Source: Camelus ferus (Eukaryota). Taken from it: DNA of 64,000 nucleotides. Every line of letters starts with the position of its first letter. Position 1 is the stretch's first letter. Shown here piece after piece: positions 23,561 to 36,349 of the stretch. Under the pieces are notes generated by a model. The model saw only the letters and a program-made list of their open reading frames with translations. It searched no databases and was not told the DNA's origin. Location of the stretch: the NCBI RefSeq assembly GCF_009834535.1, contig NC_045696.1, forward strand, positions 16,866,001 through 16,930,000. Direction: 5' to 3'. The translations under genes were made by a program, and so were the position numbers.

Positions 23561-26500
23561 GGGAACACACAACTAGAACTTCATGGAGTAAGTGCCAACT
23601 CAATATTTTAACAGGATTTAAGATAAAGTTCCTTGTTTAGTTGAATTGGAAATCTGGAGTCAGTCATTTATTATAACTCAAAGCCATTTATTTTACAATT
23701 TTATTCTCTAGTCTTAAAGTTCAACGGTAAGCAGAGACTTTTTCTATTTTTCATACCTAATAACTAAAGTCTAATCCATTACAAGTTACTTTAGAAAGTC
23801 TAAACCTCAATAAATACAATTTTCAGTATAAAATCTTGAGCTATATTCTGTTTCAAGCTTTACAGTTGTTGACACCTCTCATATGTGCAGAAGTTACTTC
23901 TACTCTGATGTCAGTATTTCAAAGTCCTTTAATTACTAAAGATATGCATATTATACAGTTTAACAATGTATAGGAGTTTTTAAAATCAAGGAAAAAGCAA
24001 GAATAATAAATGTAGAAATTTAAAAAAGGATACTATTTTAAATTTAGTTTATAGGGAAAAGTGTCATTTCAAAAAGAAAGGAATGTTATTCTTTTCATAA
24101 ATTAAAAGGACTTGGCCATACAATTTTCAGCCTTTTACACCTGATTGACCAGAATGGAGTGGTAAGTTTCACATATAAGACAAAAGCCTTGACAGTTATG
24201 CTGATATTCCTTCAGGTGAGAAAAGCAATTTTTTTCCCACTTTTCTTTCATCATGAGAAAGTCAATTTTTTTTTAAACAAAAACTGTTGTGCATCTCAGT
24301 AGGAGGAGCTGAAGGTCAAGGTGTCACCAAAGTTTGTAACAAAAACTCTGGGCCTTTTGGTTGATAGGGTGGTTACTGACTGGAATAAAGATGGAAGAAA
24401 AATGATCGTTTTCATACCAAGACCAGCCAATTCACCAGTGTTGTTTTTAGTAGAGAAAAATGCAATCATTTTCTACCGTCTCACTCAACTTGTTTATCCC
24501 ATCTGTCAGATTCTGTGTGTTTCCTTTTTGATGCAGGCAAGTTTAGTCCTTTCTCCCAGTAGAGTTTGACAGGGAGTTAATCAGCTTTAGGGGCTACTGA
24601 ATACTACCTAATGGGGCAAGATGACTGGTCCAATTTTCTCTCTTTTCTCTGCTCAAAATATTGCTGCACATGTAAAGTGAAGACCCCAGAAGCTTCATCA
24701 AGTCACACTTCACAGGGTATCAAATGGATATTGTTGAACAGAGTTGACTCCACATAAACAGTATAAAATCAGTTTCTGTGGCTCTAATAATGTCTCTTCT
24801 CAGTGAGTGAGAAAAACATCCCCATGGGAATTTTAAAAATGACTCCTCGGCCCCACACAAAGGACCCCGCCAGGAGGGCAAACTCATCCTCTGAGGAGGC
24901 TGCTATGTTCAGCCAAATATCCCTGCTGCTCCAATGACCCCTTTCGACTCTGCTTCAGAGCAAGGATATCATGGAGGTTTGCAGTTAATTAAAGGCTACT
25001 TTCAGCTAGATAGTTTTTCTCTTCTAAGATTCTGGAAATTTCCTTTTCAGGGATATTTTAAATAAGTTAATCATTTCTGCAGATTCCACTGGGGCACTTC
25101 ATGCTTGCTTTGCAGGTCTTCTCTGTTGAAGGTCTTTGCCTAACAGCCTCAGGCAAAGCTCAAGACAGCCTTAAAGGGGATCCTGGTTGAGAAATAAAAT
25201 CCTCATTGTTCCCAAGAAACGAGTTTGATTTCAGGCAGTCCCCAAAGAAAGTGGGACATACTTGCACAAAAAGCTTGTTAGGAGAGAGAACACTTTTTTA
25301 AAAATTCATTTTACATAATCAAATCTCTCTTTTTAAGTAGCTCCTCTTATGTGACTACCCCAGTTTAAAGTCACTCATCCCTTTTTTCTTCTAAAATGAC
25401 ATTAAATAGTAAAGCCACTCAGGCCATCATCCACCTGTGACATAAAAACCTTCTAGGTGGGTAGGGAAAAACATCCAAGTTTTATTTTTATTTCCACAGG
25501 ATACTAATACGCTGGGTCCTTTCAATTTTCCTCGTATTTTTTCCCTTCCTACTGTCAGTATTGCAGGAAAAAGGCAAAATCATGAATAAATACTCAAAAC
25601 GATTCCATTTATATTTTTCACCAGGGAAAACAAAAGCCAAATTCGTTTATTTAATTTGACAGTCAGTTCCTCACCTAAAAGTGTATTTTTGTCCTTACAT
25701 TTCACTCCCTGGAAATGAGAAGCAAGAGACTGGGTATAGAGATGAGAGTTATTGAATAAGCCTTGTCAACAAGATCAGAAAATAAAAAAAAGATGTAGAA
25801 AGTGCTGAGCACAGGCCTCATCTGGATTTGAGCTAGGATGTGCAAATTCTTACTCTTGTTACGTTCTCTCTCTCTCTTCTCAGTCCTGCAATCGGACTTG
25901 CCCTTTATTTGTTTCTTTCCTACTTTCCTAAATTAACAGCCTCATTACGTGCTTAGCCGTCTCTGTTAGAAATTGCAAAGTTGTCTCCAGCACTTCCCTG
26001 GCCCACATCGTGGAGTGTCGTTCGTAACTCTCACACTTCTTTATCAGGGCAAGCATATCCATCTCTTCCACTCCACTGGCTCCGTCCAGATTCTCTATTT
26101 AGATGCTCATAAACTCTTCACTGTGCTATAACATAGTTTCTGGCTGCCGGCATCTCTTTTATCTGCCACTGCCATAGGGAAAATTTTCTAAGGCTGCAGC
26201 TATAGCCAATTCGAGCCTCTGAGTTAACAAACTGCTTCCTGAATTCTATAACATAAAACTTTAATACACTTTCTCAGAGTCATAAAAAACTGCTCAAATC
26301 CCTGTGAAACTGACAATTTTTCAGTTCTCATTTCTGTAACTCACACTCCTTTGAATCTTGCAAGGAAGTGTCCATCTTTCTGTGTCCCTATTTGTGAAGT
26401 GCTTTCACTATTCTAATTGCTCTTTGCTAATATCAGATATATTCCTGTCACCCAGATGGGATTTGTTCCACTTAAAATTGTAAAAAAAAAAAAAAAAAAA

Positions 26501-27350
26501 AAAAAAATGTGATTTTCTTTCTCAGTTAGTGGGGAAAACTTCTGTATTTGCCACATTTTCTCTTGAATTTAAAGAAACCCCCAAATATGAAGTAGCATAC
26601 CCCACATTCTTTTCCCCAAATAGCAAAATATCCTCCCTGTCCATCATGTCTGTACTATGACACTAAATCTTTTCTAGCAACATCTTTATAGGGGAACTGT
26701 CAGATTTTTAAAAATCAGGCAATGTTTTTAATCTCACATTTTAAAGCTAAAAACTCCCTGAAAGATTTTGCTATTTAAAGAATTCTTAACAATATTCCAA
26801 ATATAAAACCAGTTCTCCTTTGTAGTCTATTTAAATTGTACACATACATTTAAATATTAATTTTAAGACTGTTGAAGTAGTGCCATCTTCTTTCTGGACT
26901 TGTGAACCTTTCACGAATTTTTGAAAATTTTATCTAAAGAAACATCATAGCCCTGAAAGAGCCTTGACTCTGCTTTTTAATATCAACTTCTTCTTTTTTT
27001 TTAATCTTGAGGTGAATTATTTATTCTACAATGATGATTGGTGTGAAAATATATGTGAGGATTTTCTTATATGATTGGAGGCTCTCCCCACTCCCACCAC
27101 CAAGCATGGATCTCCCATTGGCTGGGAATCTTTAAATTAGAGCAATGATATCTTAGAGATGGACCCCCTAATGAATGAGCTTCCTTTCCCTAAATACAGA
27201 AATAAGCTCAAAAGAAAAGAGCTGGAGTTGGAGAGAAATACAGGGAGCAGGAGAGTGGAAGGTCAATGATCTAATTCAGGACCATAGAGGTATTTCTGGT
27301 GTCCTGCCCACATCCACCTAAAGGCTTTATATCGCAAATATCTGAAACTC

Positions 27351-28247
27351 TTTTTAAAAATTGTACCTTTCTTTTTCTTTTTGTTTTAATTGAGGTGTAA
27401 TTGACATATAATATATATTAGTTTCAGGTGTGCAACATAATGATCAATATTTGTATACACTGTTAAGTGATCACCACTATAAATCTAGTTATCATCTGTC
27501 ACCATAAAAAGTTACAAATATTTTTTCTTATGATGAAAACTTTTAAGATGTACTCTCTTAGCAACTTTCAAATATGCACAATAACGTTATTGACTATAGT
27601 CACCATGCTGTACATTACATCCCCATGACATATTTATTTATTTTATAACTGGAAGCCTGTACCTCCTGACCCCCTACACCCATTTTGCCCACCTCCCCCA
27701 CTCCCCTCCCCTCTGGTAACCACCAAACTTTTCTTTGGACCTACGAGTTTTGTTTGTTTTGTTTTTTTAGAGTCCATGTATAGGTGAAATCATATGATAT
27801 TTGTCTTTCTCTGATTGACTTATCTCACTTAGCATAATACCCTCAAGGTCTATCCATGTTGTCAAAAATGGCGAGATTTCATTTTTTATGGCAGAATTGT
27901 ATTCCATTTTATATAAATGTACTATATCTTCTTTATCTTTTTATCCATTGATGGACTCTTTGTTTCCATGTCTTGGCTATTGTAATTAATGCTGCAGTGA
28001 ACACGAGGGTGCATATATCCTTTTGAATTAGTGTTTTTATTTTCTTTGGATAAATACCCAGAAGTAGGATTTTTGGATCATATGCTATTTCTATTTTTAA
28101 TTTTTTGAGGAATCTTCATTTTGTTTTCCATAGTGGCTGAGTCAATTTACATTCCCACCAATTAATGAAGGTCCCTTTTTCTCCCCTCCTGGCCAACCCG
28201 TGTTATTTCCTGCCTTTGTGATAACAGCCATTCTAACAGGTGTGAAG
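27351..28247 (-). mobile_element. L1MA9-like 3' end (~0.9 kb), 5'-truncated
   Basis: ttttaattgaggtgtaattgacatataa...tactctcttagcaactttcaaata...ctatagtcaccatgctgtacattacatcccca...gccattctaacaggtgtga. Possible TSD tctgaaactct (27341-27351) / tctggcactct (28248-28258). Confidence 0.9.
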
Positions 28248-28871
28248 TCTGGCACTCTGTACTAGAAGGCTGTCTCTGCCACCCTTCCCTACACCTCACT
28301 GAACATCAAATTCTTAAGTATTCTAAGGAGCTAATGGTAATGCCTTCTTAATAGATTTTGGGTTTTGCTGCCACTGCTATTGTTCAACTTTCTTCACTTA
28401 CTTTCATTATTTTCTTTTGAAGTGGTTATTCTCAGTTCTTACAAATATTTTCTTTATCATTTGGGCATATTTTTCCCATATACCAAATTCCGCTAACATT
28501 TTTTCCTAAATCCAATGGCCATTTCTCCTTGACTAAGACATCAAACATATTAAGTTTATCATTTGATGCACATGTAATTGCCAGTGACTCTTTCCTGCCA
28601 TCCCTAATACCAGCTTTCTGGCTTCTGCACACTTTGTTCATTGCCGTAGTAACAATGTCTCTTATATTCCATTTGTGTTACCATGTGCTTGAAATATTCC
28701 CTGACACGAGAAGATAACTCATCTTCTGTTGTCTACTCCAAACTTGACAAACTTTTTAAGATACAAATCAAATTTATCTCCTTCTTTGAACTGTTTCAGG
28801 TACTCCAGTGACATCTCTTTTTTACAAATAGAAATTCAACATTCTATGGTATAATTATCCAATTATATCAG

Positions 28872-29247
28872 TAGATAGGAGCCGAATTGTGTGCCTACAC
28901 AATTCATATTCCACTACCTCCAGATGTGACTGTATTTGAAGTGGAATCTTAAAACAGGTAATTGATATTACATGAGATCACATGAATGGACCCAAATCCA
29001 ATCTGACTGTTGCCTTTAGAAAAAGAGGAGATTCAGACACACAAAGAGACACTAGGGGCATGTGTGGAGAGAGATGCAGCAGGAAGGCAGCCATCTGAAA
29101 GCCAAGAAGTTTCCTCAGGAGAAACCAGAACTGCCAGCACCTTTATTTTGGACTTTCAGCCTCCAGAACTGGGAGAAAATAAATTTTTGTTATTTAAGTC
29201 ACATAGAATGTGGTATTATGTCATGGCAGCCTTACCAAATTAATCCA
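28872..29247 (+). mobile_element. MaLR solo LTR (MLT1B-like)
   Basis: atgtgactgtatttgaa, ccaaatccaat.tgactg, cctcaggagaaaccag..ctgccagcacctt.attttggactttcagcctccagaactg.gagaaaataaattt. Confidence 0.9.
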
Positions 29248-29634
29248 TACATAAATAACTTAGCTATAAAAACATATGAGATAATAATTCAATTTATAGA
29301 CAGCAAGTTAATTGGATTTTATGATAAATCAGGAAAAAGACAGGTGAATGTTAAACCTGGCTATTATTATGTTTTCTGTGAGCCACTCGATTTCTTCTAC
29401 CAGCATTTGTATCAGGACTATGTGATCCAAATAAATTCTGAATTCATTATTTTTAAAACCCTAGTCAATGCAGGGATTAACGGAAAATATAAACTACTGA
29501 TTTCTGTAGAAAGACTGCAAGTGCCTTTAGATTAGTTTTTGAAAAAAAGGCAAAAGTTTAAAGAAAATGGTTATTGAAAAAGATAACATGTTTTCCTCAA
29601 ATTAAATTAAGGTACATAAAGAACATGAAGCAAG

Positions 29635-29860
29635 TCAGGCTAATATACACGGCCTTGAATCTCAAACATGCCACGTTCTCTTCTCAAGAAAGTGGGGAAG
29701 TAGCTTGACCTCTCTGCTTAGACTTTAATAAATTGGAGTTATCTCTTTGTTTATTCATAAAGAAATTTCTTAATACTTCACAGGCTGTTGAAAGGATTAC
29801 ATGTATGTATTATTATCTAATAGAGCTTTTAGCGTATGCAAGCAATCAGTAAATAGAACT
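29635..29860 (+). mobile_element. MIR SINE
   Basis: ttgaatctca.., ggaagtagcttgacctctctg, cttcacaggctgttgaaaggatta, ending aatcagtaaata. Confidence 0.55.
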
Positions 29861-30437
29861 GGCATCATCTCACTCAGAAAACTGTGAATAAATAGATTGA
29901 GATGAGTCACTGCCCTGAGAGAGAGAGTTCAAGACAGCTTAAAGGTGAGAGAACTTTGTCCTTAAATACATAGTCAAAGTGAGATAATTAAGAACAATGT
30001 AAAGATATGTAAGAAGGTTTCAAAACTATGTACAGAAAATTATAACTATTTAATTGTGGATTTCATACTCTTATGATTTACCATGTCACATCTTTTTTGA
30101 CACATTTGTCTATTCATCTGTTTCTCATTAGATGTTAGTGATACTTCCTTTGTGTTTATATGATTATCTTGCACTTTTCTCAGATTTCAATGAGAAGGAC
30201 TATTTTAGAAGTTTAAAAAGTCCATAACCCTAGAGCTGATAGAGCCAACATTTAAATAGACTATATGTGTTTGGGGGTTGAATGTATTTTGTAGGAAGAG
30301 GGAAGGTCAGCGAGGTTGCTTAGAAATGAAATGAGGTTAGTTAATTAGAAAACTCAGGAAAAGGTATATCAGCTACTGATGTAATGAGGAGAAAGCGATG
30401 GAGCAAGGGGGTGGGAGAAAAGAAAAACAGAGAGATT

Positions 30438-30460
30438 GAGAGAGAGAGAGAGAGAGAGAG
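30438..30460. repeat. (GA)n microsatellite
   Basis: Directly visible. Confidence 0.9.
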
Positions 30461-33194
30461 TAGAAAATACAAACAGAATTATGGAAAATTTTCATTCTCA
30501 TTCTTTTGACCACAGAAGAAAGTGGAGTTAAGAAGAGAAGGGAAATGAAAGTAATAAAGCTATAACATCAGCAAAGGCTGGAACTGTGCCAACACCACCC
30601 CTGGTTTCTCTGGAAGCGGGGTCCTCGCCTTAAGGTGATTAAATGAGAAAAATAAATGTAAACAGAATAAACAGTAGGCAGAGGGAATGCCATAGGGATT
30701 AATGAGCTGCCATTTGGAGAAAGCCCTGAGCAGTGGCTGGGACAGACCAATGTCATGAATGAGACGAGCTCATGAGAGAGAAAACTTGACTTATGTGTAG
30801 AAAGGTTGCTGTGTGTTTGAGAGCCTAATGTTTCTCTCAGTGGCTTACGCTGAAGTTGGTGTAATTAATCAATCATGTTGTCACATGTCCCCTTGGTTTC
30901 TTCCATCTCTCAGCATCACAGCCTGGGAGTGATGATCAAATGGCAGCATTTCCTTCTCCTGGGCTCTGGGGGAGGAGATCTGGACCACTGGCAGCAATGC
31001 AGTCCTTGCCTTTATTCTTCCTGCAGCAGATGTGTGCTCACCTCAACCAGAGAGAGGCAATGAAGTTAAGATTCCCATAATGCTTTGCATGATGTGTACT
31101 TAGAGAATGACTTCATCTAAAAGAAAAATAATTGTAAAGAGAATTATAGTTTTGCAAAATGGGAAATGAATATGTATATGCAATTTCAGGTCAGTGTAAT
31201 CCCTTCAGATGCCAACACATCATGCCCATGGTATTACATAATGACTGACCTGCAAACTGAAATAATGCAATATTGGCATCTGTAAATCTCTAGAAACAGA
31301 GATGCCAGGCAGGTAAGTTCCTTGTGTCGACTGAGAAATCAATATAGAATTCGTGATTTTCTAAAATATGTTTAATATTATAAAATCAAAGCATGATAAC
31401 TCTGGCTAACATGAAATAGAATGGGATATTAAAGGACACTAGTAATAGGTTAAGGATCCTCTCACAGAACACTCAGAGATGGATGGAAGGGTTTTTCCCA
31501 TATCTTTCAACCTTCAGATACTCAGCCTTCTTGGAGACGTGTTATTAAGTTGTTTCATTAATTCCACAAAAGCCCAAGTCCAACCATCTCTATCCTGGAC
31601 TGAAGACTCTCCAAACATCACAAAAAAATACAAATAAAAATGAATTGAAATGTGTTTGGGGGATTTGGAGATTCTTCGGAGCAACTTTTGCTAGAGAGAA
31701 AATTAGCCTAATATAGCATAAGAAAACTCACTTCATATCCTTTTAGTAAAAGGTTGACAAAAACAGATGAACACAAAGAAATGGGTAGTAATTATTTGCC
31801 AAAAATCAAGCAGTTCTTTTCCCTGGTGCAATGCAGAAAACTTTCCAATTACACATTGTGTTTTATCCACACATGGCAGCTGTCCCTGCTTTGTCTCTGA
31901 AATATGGAAAATGGTTGTAGGGAGCAGCATTCTCACAAAAGCCACACTTCTCGGAGACATGGATTCAAGCTGCCTTTCATTCATGCTGTTGACCTGCCAC
32001 TATCTGGAGCTCCCTGACTAAGAGGACTTCAACAGTATTAGCGACATCTCCTTAGGGGTCCCACCATCTCTTCAAATTCCTCAGAAGAACAGTTGTGATG
32101 TGGGCAGTTCATATGATTAGCATCATAAATGTTTCTGAAGGTGACTACTACTTACAATGCTTAAGCCTTGTCTAGATACTTAAAAGGTAAGCATTGTGAG
32201 AGGCAATATTTAAATGAACTTATGTTAAGTCTTGATAAGAACTTATTAACTGTGTTTTTTCTTTTTTCTTTTTCTTTTGTGGGATGGTTAGAAAGTATGT
32301 TGAAATTAAATATGTATTTTCCAAAATAACATAAATTTGCAAAAAAAATGTTTTCTTGACTGAATATTCAACCCTATAAGATTTTCACATTTATATAAAT
32401 TGTTCCACATGCCTCAGCTTTGATTGCTATGCTTCACATGCAGAGAGAAAAATATTTCTGATATTTAATCTTAAGGATTTAACACAGTATTTCATTTCTT
32501 TCTTTTTTTTTTTTTCCTTTTTAGACAAAAGACACTTGTCATGGTCAAGGCATGTTTCTCTAAAGGGGAATCTGTAAACAAATGGTAAAATAAATAAGAG
32601 AATTGCTTATTTTATTTCATTGACTTTGTTAACCTTAAATCATTACAACCTCTTGCCATTGTTTGAATGGATATTCAAAGTTTCAGACAATTAATCACAC
32701 AGAACTGGTTTTAACGTGAATCAACCCTAGGAGGACTTTCCAATTAGCCTCTTTGAAAGTGTTCAAAGACGTAGTACATATTGCCACGATTGTAAATTCT
32801 CCACATTCCTTGCTTCCTGTCACTAATCTACATTAACCTAGTCTTTCAAGGCTTTATATCAACTGCTGATGAGCACACAGACAGAAGATGGCACTGTTTA
32901 CTCATTATTAAAGGGGTCAGCAACCACTCACTCCACTTTGAAGAAAAAAACCAAAAAACCGAAAAAAAAAAACCCCAAAAAACCAATGCTTCCCTGCTAG
33001 GAAAACATACAGAACTATTAGAAATGGAAAATGAGACTACATATATAATGAACATAATTTCTGAACATCACAATAAGAAATACACACTAAAAATTAGACA
33101 AGGTAAACTAAACATGGGAAAACTGTCTTATTGTCCACTAAATTTTCAGGAATGGCCCTTTTCAGATGGAATGCAACTGTAGTCATAAGTATTG

Positions 33195-33400
33195 TAGGGA
33201 CGGACCAGGGACATGGGTTCAGGTCCCAACTGTATGGTTACAAACTGTAAGACCTTGAACAAGTTGCTCAGGATAACCTTCTCTCTGAGTCTAAATATTC
33301 TTACTGTAAAATACAGGTAATAACACCTATTCTGTAGGACTGTGTTGTGGACTGAATGAGCACACAGTAAAATTTCATTAACAATACTAGACAATAAGTC
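33195..33400 (+). mobile_element. MIR SINE
   Basis: acatgggttcaggtcccaactgt...gaccttgaacaagtt...ctgtaaaata.aggtaataacaccta...tgtggactgaatgag. Confidence 0.75.
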
Positions 33401-34078
33401 TTTGGTTGTCTTGTTAATAAGACATCTATCATCACCAAATAGTGAAATGCCTAACCTAGAAAATCAGTGTAGAAATTGATTAAACGACTGAAAAGAAAAC
33501 TCAGAACTTAATTAAATTTTGTGTTGGCTTGCAGATGATTCTTACTTAAACAAGAAGCAGGGCAAGTGTGAAAAAGAACTAATTAGTTACTAATCTTGAA
33601 TGTTAGAGCACTTGGCAATCTCAATCTTTTCCTTAGCAGAAACGTGTTTATTCCTAATTAAGTAGTTGAAGATATTTCATTATTGATAAGGGAAAATTTT
33701 ATTCAAGTTTTCTGAGGCACTTAGAGAATAACCTATTCTATCTGGATGGATAGAAGTAACAGTATTCTTCTTTATGTTTTATTCTACTTATTATAGTAAC
33801 TGTAGATACTCCTTCATAGTCCTACCTTTTCTTTGTGGGATTTAAATGGTAAAGTAACATATGGATATTTTGCCCCATTGCTTCCCTAAAATTTAAAGAC
33901 ACATTATTATTAGTGTCTATACTAATTAAACATAGAGATTTTAAATTAACATGCATAGATGAAGGCTTACTCTATCTTGTAATAGTTAGCATTGCAATAT
34001 TGACTTTAAACATCAAAAACTTAAACGGTTGTTTAGACATTGTTAAATATTTAAATATTCATTCTCATGACTCTCAAG

Positions 34079-34451
34079 TGGTAGATCTATTCACAAAAAT
34101 TTATTTCCTCTACTTGGGCACAAAGCCAGCCATTTCCAGATCTCTCACGTCAGATGTGATCATATGATGGAGTTCCAGCCAATGGAATGTGCATGGAAGT
34201 GATATGCACCATTTTCATGCCAACTCTTCTAGGAAGAAGGTACACTTCCAATCACAAAGGATCTATTTTTCATTCCATTACCTAGATGCTCAAGACAGAA
34301 AGGCCCTAAAAGATAGCATAGCCACAAAAAGGAAAGACTCTAGGTCCCTGATTCTCCATGTAAAGGATTTTATCCATGGGCCAGTTACCATTATGTAAGT
34401 GAGAAATAAACTCCACTTTGTTCTAGCAGTTAGCATTGCCCAAACTAGTAC
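34079..34451 (+). mobile_element. MaLR LTR (MLT1I-like)
   Basis: gagttccagccaatggaatgtg..tggaagtgatatgcacca, ctaggtccctga, tgtaagtgagaaataaact, tagcagttagcatt. Confidence 0.75.
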
Positions 34452-34841
34452 TCCTGTAAAGAAAAAAAGGAGCTAGTAAGCACATCATAACATGTGACTT
34501 GCTACCATTCTTTAGAACTTTCTCAGTTGAAACAGGGACACAAAGTAGTAAGTACTTTTTGATGGGAGGGCCAGGAAGCTTTGCTCATTCAGTTTGTCGA
34601 CAATTCTGTATAGTGGATGTTCACTTTTCATTAATCTGTTTTTTTAATTAAAAACGCCAAAAAATGGCTCATCAATTGTTAATTTTAGAGAACATCTGCA
34701 CAGATATCTGCCTCCTCATATTTCTATTCCATTTCTCCATAAGACAGTATAATGCAGGAACAAATATTTAGAACTAAAATCCACAGCCACCTATACCTTC
34801 GAAGGGATGGGAATGAGTGGCATAATAATCATTTCCTATTT

Positions 34842-34889
34842 TATGTATGTATGTATGTATGTATGTATGTATGTATGTATGTATGTATG
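34842..34889. repeat. (TATG)12 tetranucleotide microsatellite
   Basis: 12 perfect units counted. Confidence 0.95.
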
Positions 34890-35193
34890 TTAGTATGTTA
34901 TTTCCCATTTTATTACTCTTTTCCCTGAGTCTGAAGTACAGCAAGAAAGATAGAAATTTCTAAATTACAGCTATTTCTTTACTGTAGAAGAAGAGAATCT
35001 GGAAAATGGCCCATCATAGAAATATTCAATAACCAGTTTCTGGTGATACAGAAAGACTGGAAGCTTGGTGGCAAGCAGAGAATGGAAAACTAAATTTTCC
35101 CAATAATGATGTAATACATTGGATGGATGGTTGGATGCAGAGACATGAGATACAGTCTTAAGGAGAGAGGCTGGCAATTTTCAACAAAATTTA

Positions 35194-35630
35194 TGCATCC
35201 CAGTGCTTTTGGTGTAGTTTACAGTGAGGTCAAGTTCTTTTCCATTCTCTGCTCCTGTCCTCCTGCTCTGTGACCCAGATTCATGTAGAGTCTATTTTTG
35301 TGGTTTCCATTTTGACTTGGCCAGTGGGAGGCACTTGTAGAAAAGTGGTTGATAGGAGAAAAGAGGGAGCAGGGTGCTTCTTCTCCTCCATCCCTATTCT
35401 GCACAGGATTCTGGAAAGCCCTGATGTCACTGACAGCAGCTAGATCTGATATCACTGCTTCCTTGCCTGGCCCCTTCAGGCCTAGGGTGGCATTGGCTTT
35501 CTTCTTTTCCCAGCCCCTGACTATTGTTGTCTCCATTTTTGGTTCTCAAAACTAAATAGTCTCTTTATTAAAATCTTTTCTATTAAACACTTCTGAGGGG
35601 ACTCCTCTCCTGCCAGGATCCTGTTTAATT
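35194..35630 (+). mobile_element. ERVL LTR (LTR33-like)
   Basis: ttggccagtgggaggcact, gccccttcaggcctagggtgg, aaatagtctctttattaaa, tcctgccaggatcctg. Confidence 0.7.
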
Positions 35631-35635
35631 GCCTA

Positions 35636-35676
35636 TTGTTGTTGTTGTTGTTGTTTTGGTGGTGGTGGTGGTGGTG
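35636..35676. repeat. Compound (TTG)n(TGG)n trinucleotide repeat
   Basis: Directly visible. Confidence 0.9.
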
Positions 35677-36220
35677 TGTTATAGAAAAGGGACCGTGTCC
35701 ATGCTTATCTGGTCCTCATGTCAATTTAAAGATCTTTGAAAGTAAAGTTGACATTGAAGTTATACTGATTTACTGACATAAAGCTTTGATGACCTTCAAT
35801 ATGCAGATAGCACAAAGAGATCTTCTGTGTACCTTCAGGGTTGCTTACCTATATGTAAACATTGTGAATATAGTGCCATGGGCATTTACTTCAGGGGTTT
35901 CTCTATTGAAAGAATTTAAACAAACACAAACCAATCTATTTTTATCCAAACCTCACTCTCCAGTAGCTGTTGAACTTGTGGGGTTGGAGGAAGATCTATG
36001 ACTTTCAGCTTTTAGTGGTATGTGTGTGTAAGAGGGATATTCAAATTCTTAGCAGAATGAAAAAAAAAATAGTCACAGGAGAGAAAACAAAATAAGATCA
36101 GTAATTCATTATAAGAAGATTCTTGCAGCTAGAAATGACTATGCACTTAAGCTGCCTGGAAATGTTGAGAAATCTGGAGAGAATGCCATATGTCTCACAA
36201 GAAATGGGCTTGTTAATAGA

Positions 36221-36346
36221 GTTTGTTTGTTTGTTTGTTTGTTTCTTTGTTTTTAACACCATTATTGTGATGAATTTTGATAGATGTATACACCCATGAA
36301 ACCACAACCATAATCAAGATAGTTAACATTTCCATCACTCCTCAAG
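36221..36346 (-). mobile_element. Old L1MB-like 3' end with (GTTT)n tail
   Basis: (gttt)n then tgatgaattttgatagatgtatacacccatgaaaccaca.c.ataatcaagatag.taacatttccatcac. Confidence 0.6.
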
Positions 36347-36349
36347 AGG

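Noticed and set aside
24131..24167. Possible 31-nt micro-exon (ttttcag|...|gtaagt; one open frame LLHLIDQNGV)
   Set aside because: Such splice-like pairs occur by chance in 64 kb. The peptide is not recognised and no partner exons were found; RNA-seq would be needed.
24865..24882. CTCF-like motif ccgccaggagggca
   Set aside because: Several mismatches in the core consensus make it too weak to call.
26482..26507. A26 run as a tail-only retroinsertion
   Set aside because: No convincing TSD or upstream element; slippage explains it equally well.
29062..29535. 157-aa + strand ORF
   Set aside because: The first ~60 codons lie in an MLT1 LTR and the rest is AT-rich sequence with no recognisable domain, so it is probably a chance ORF.
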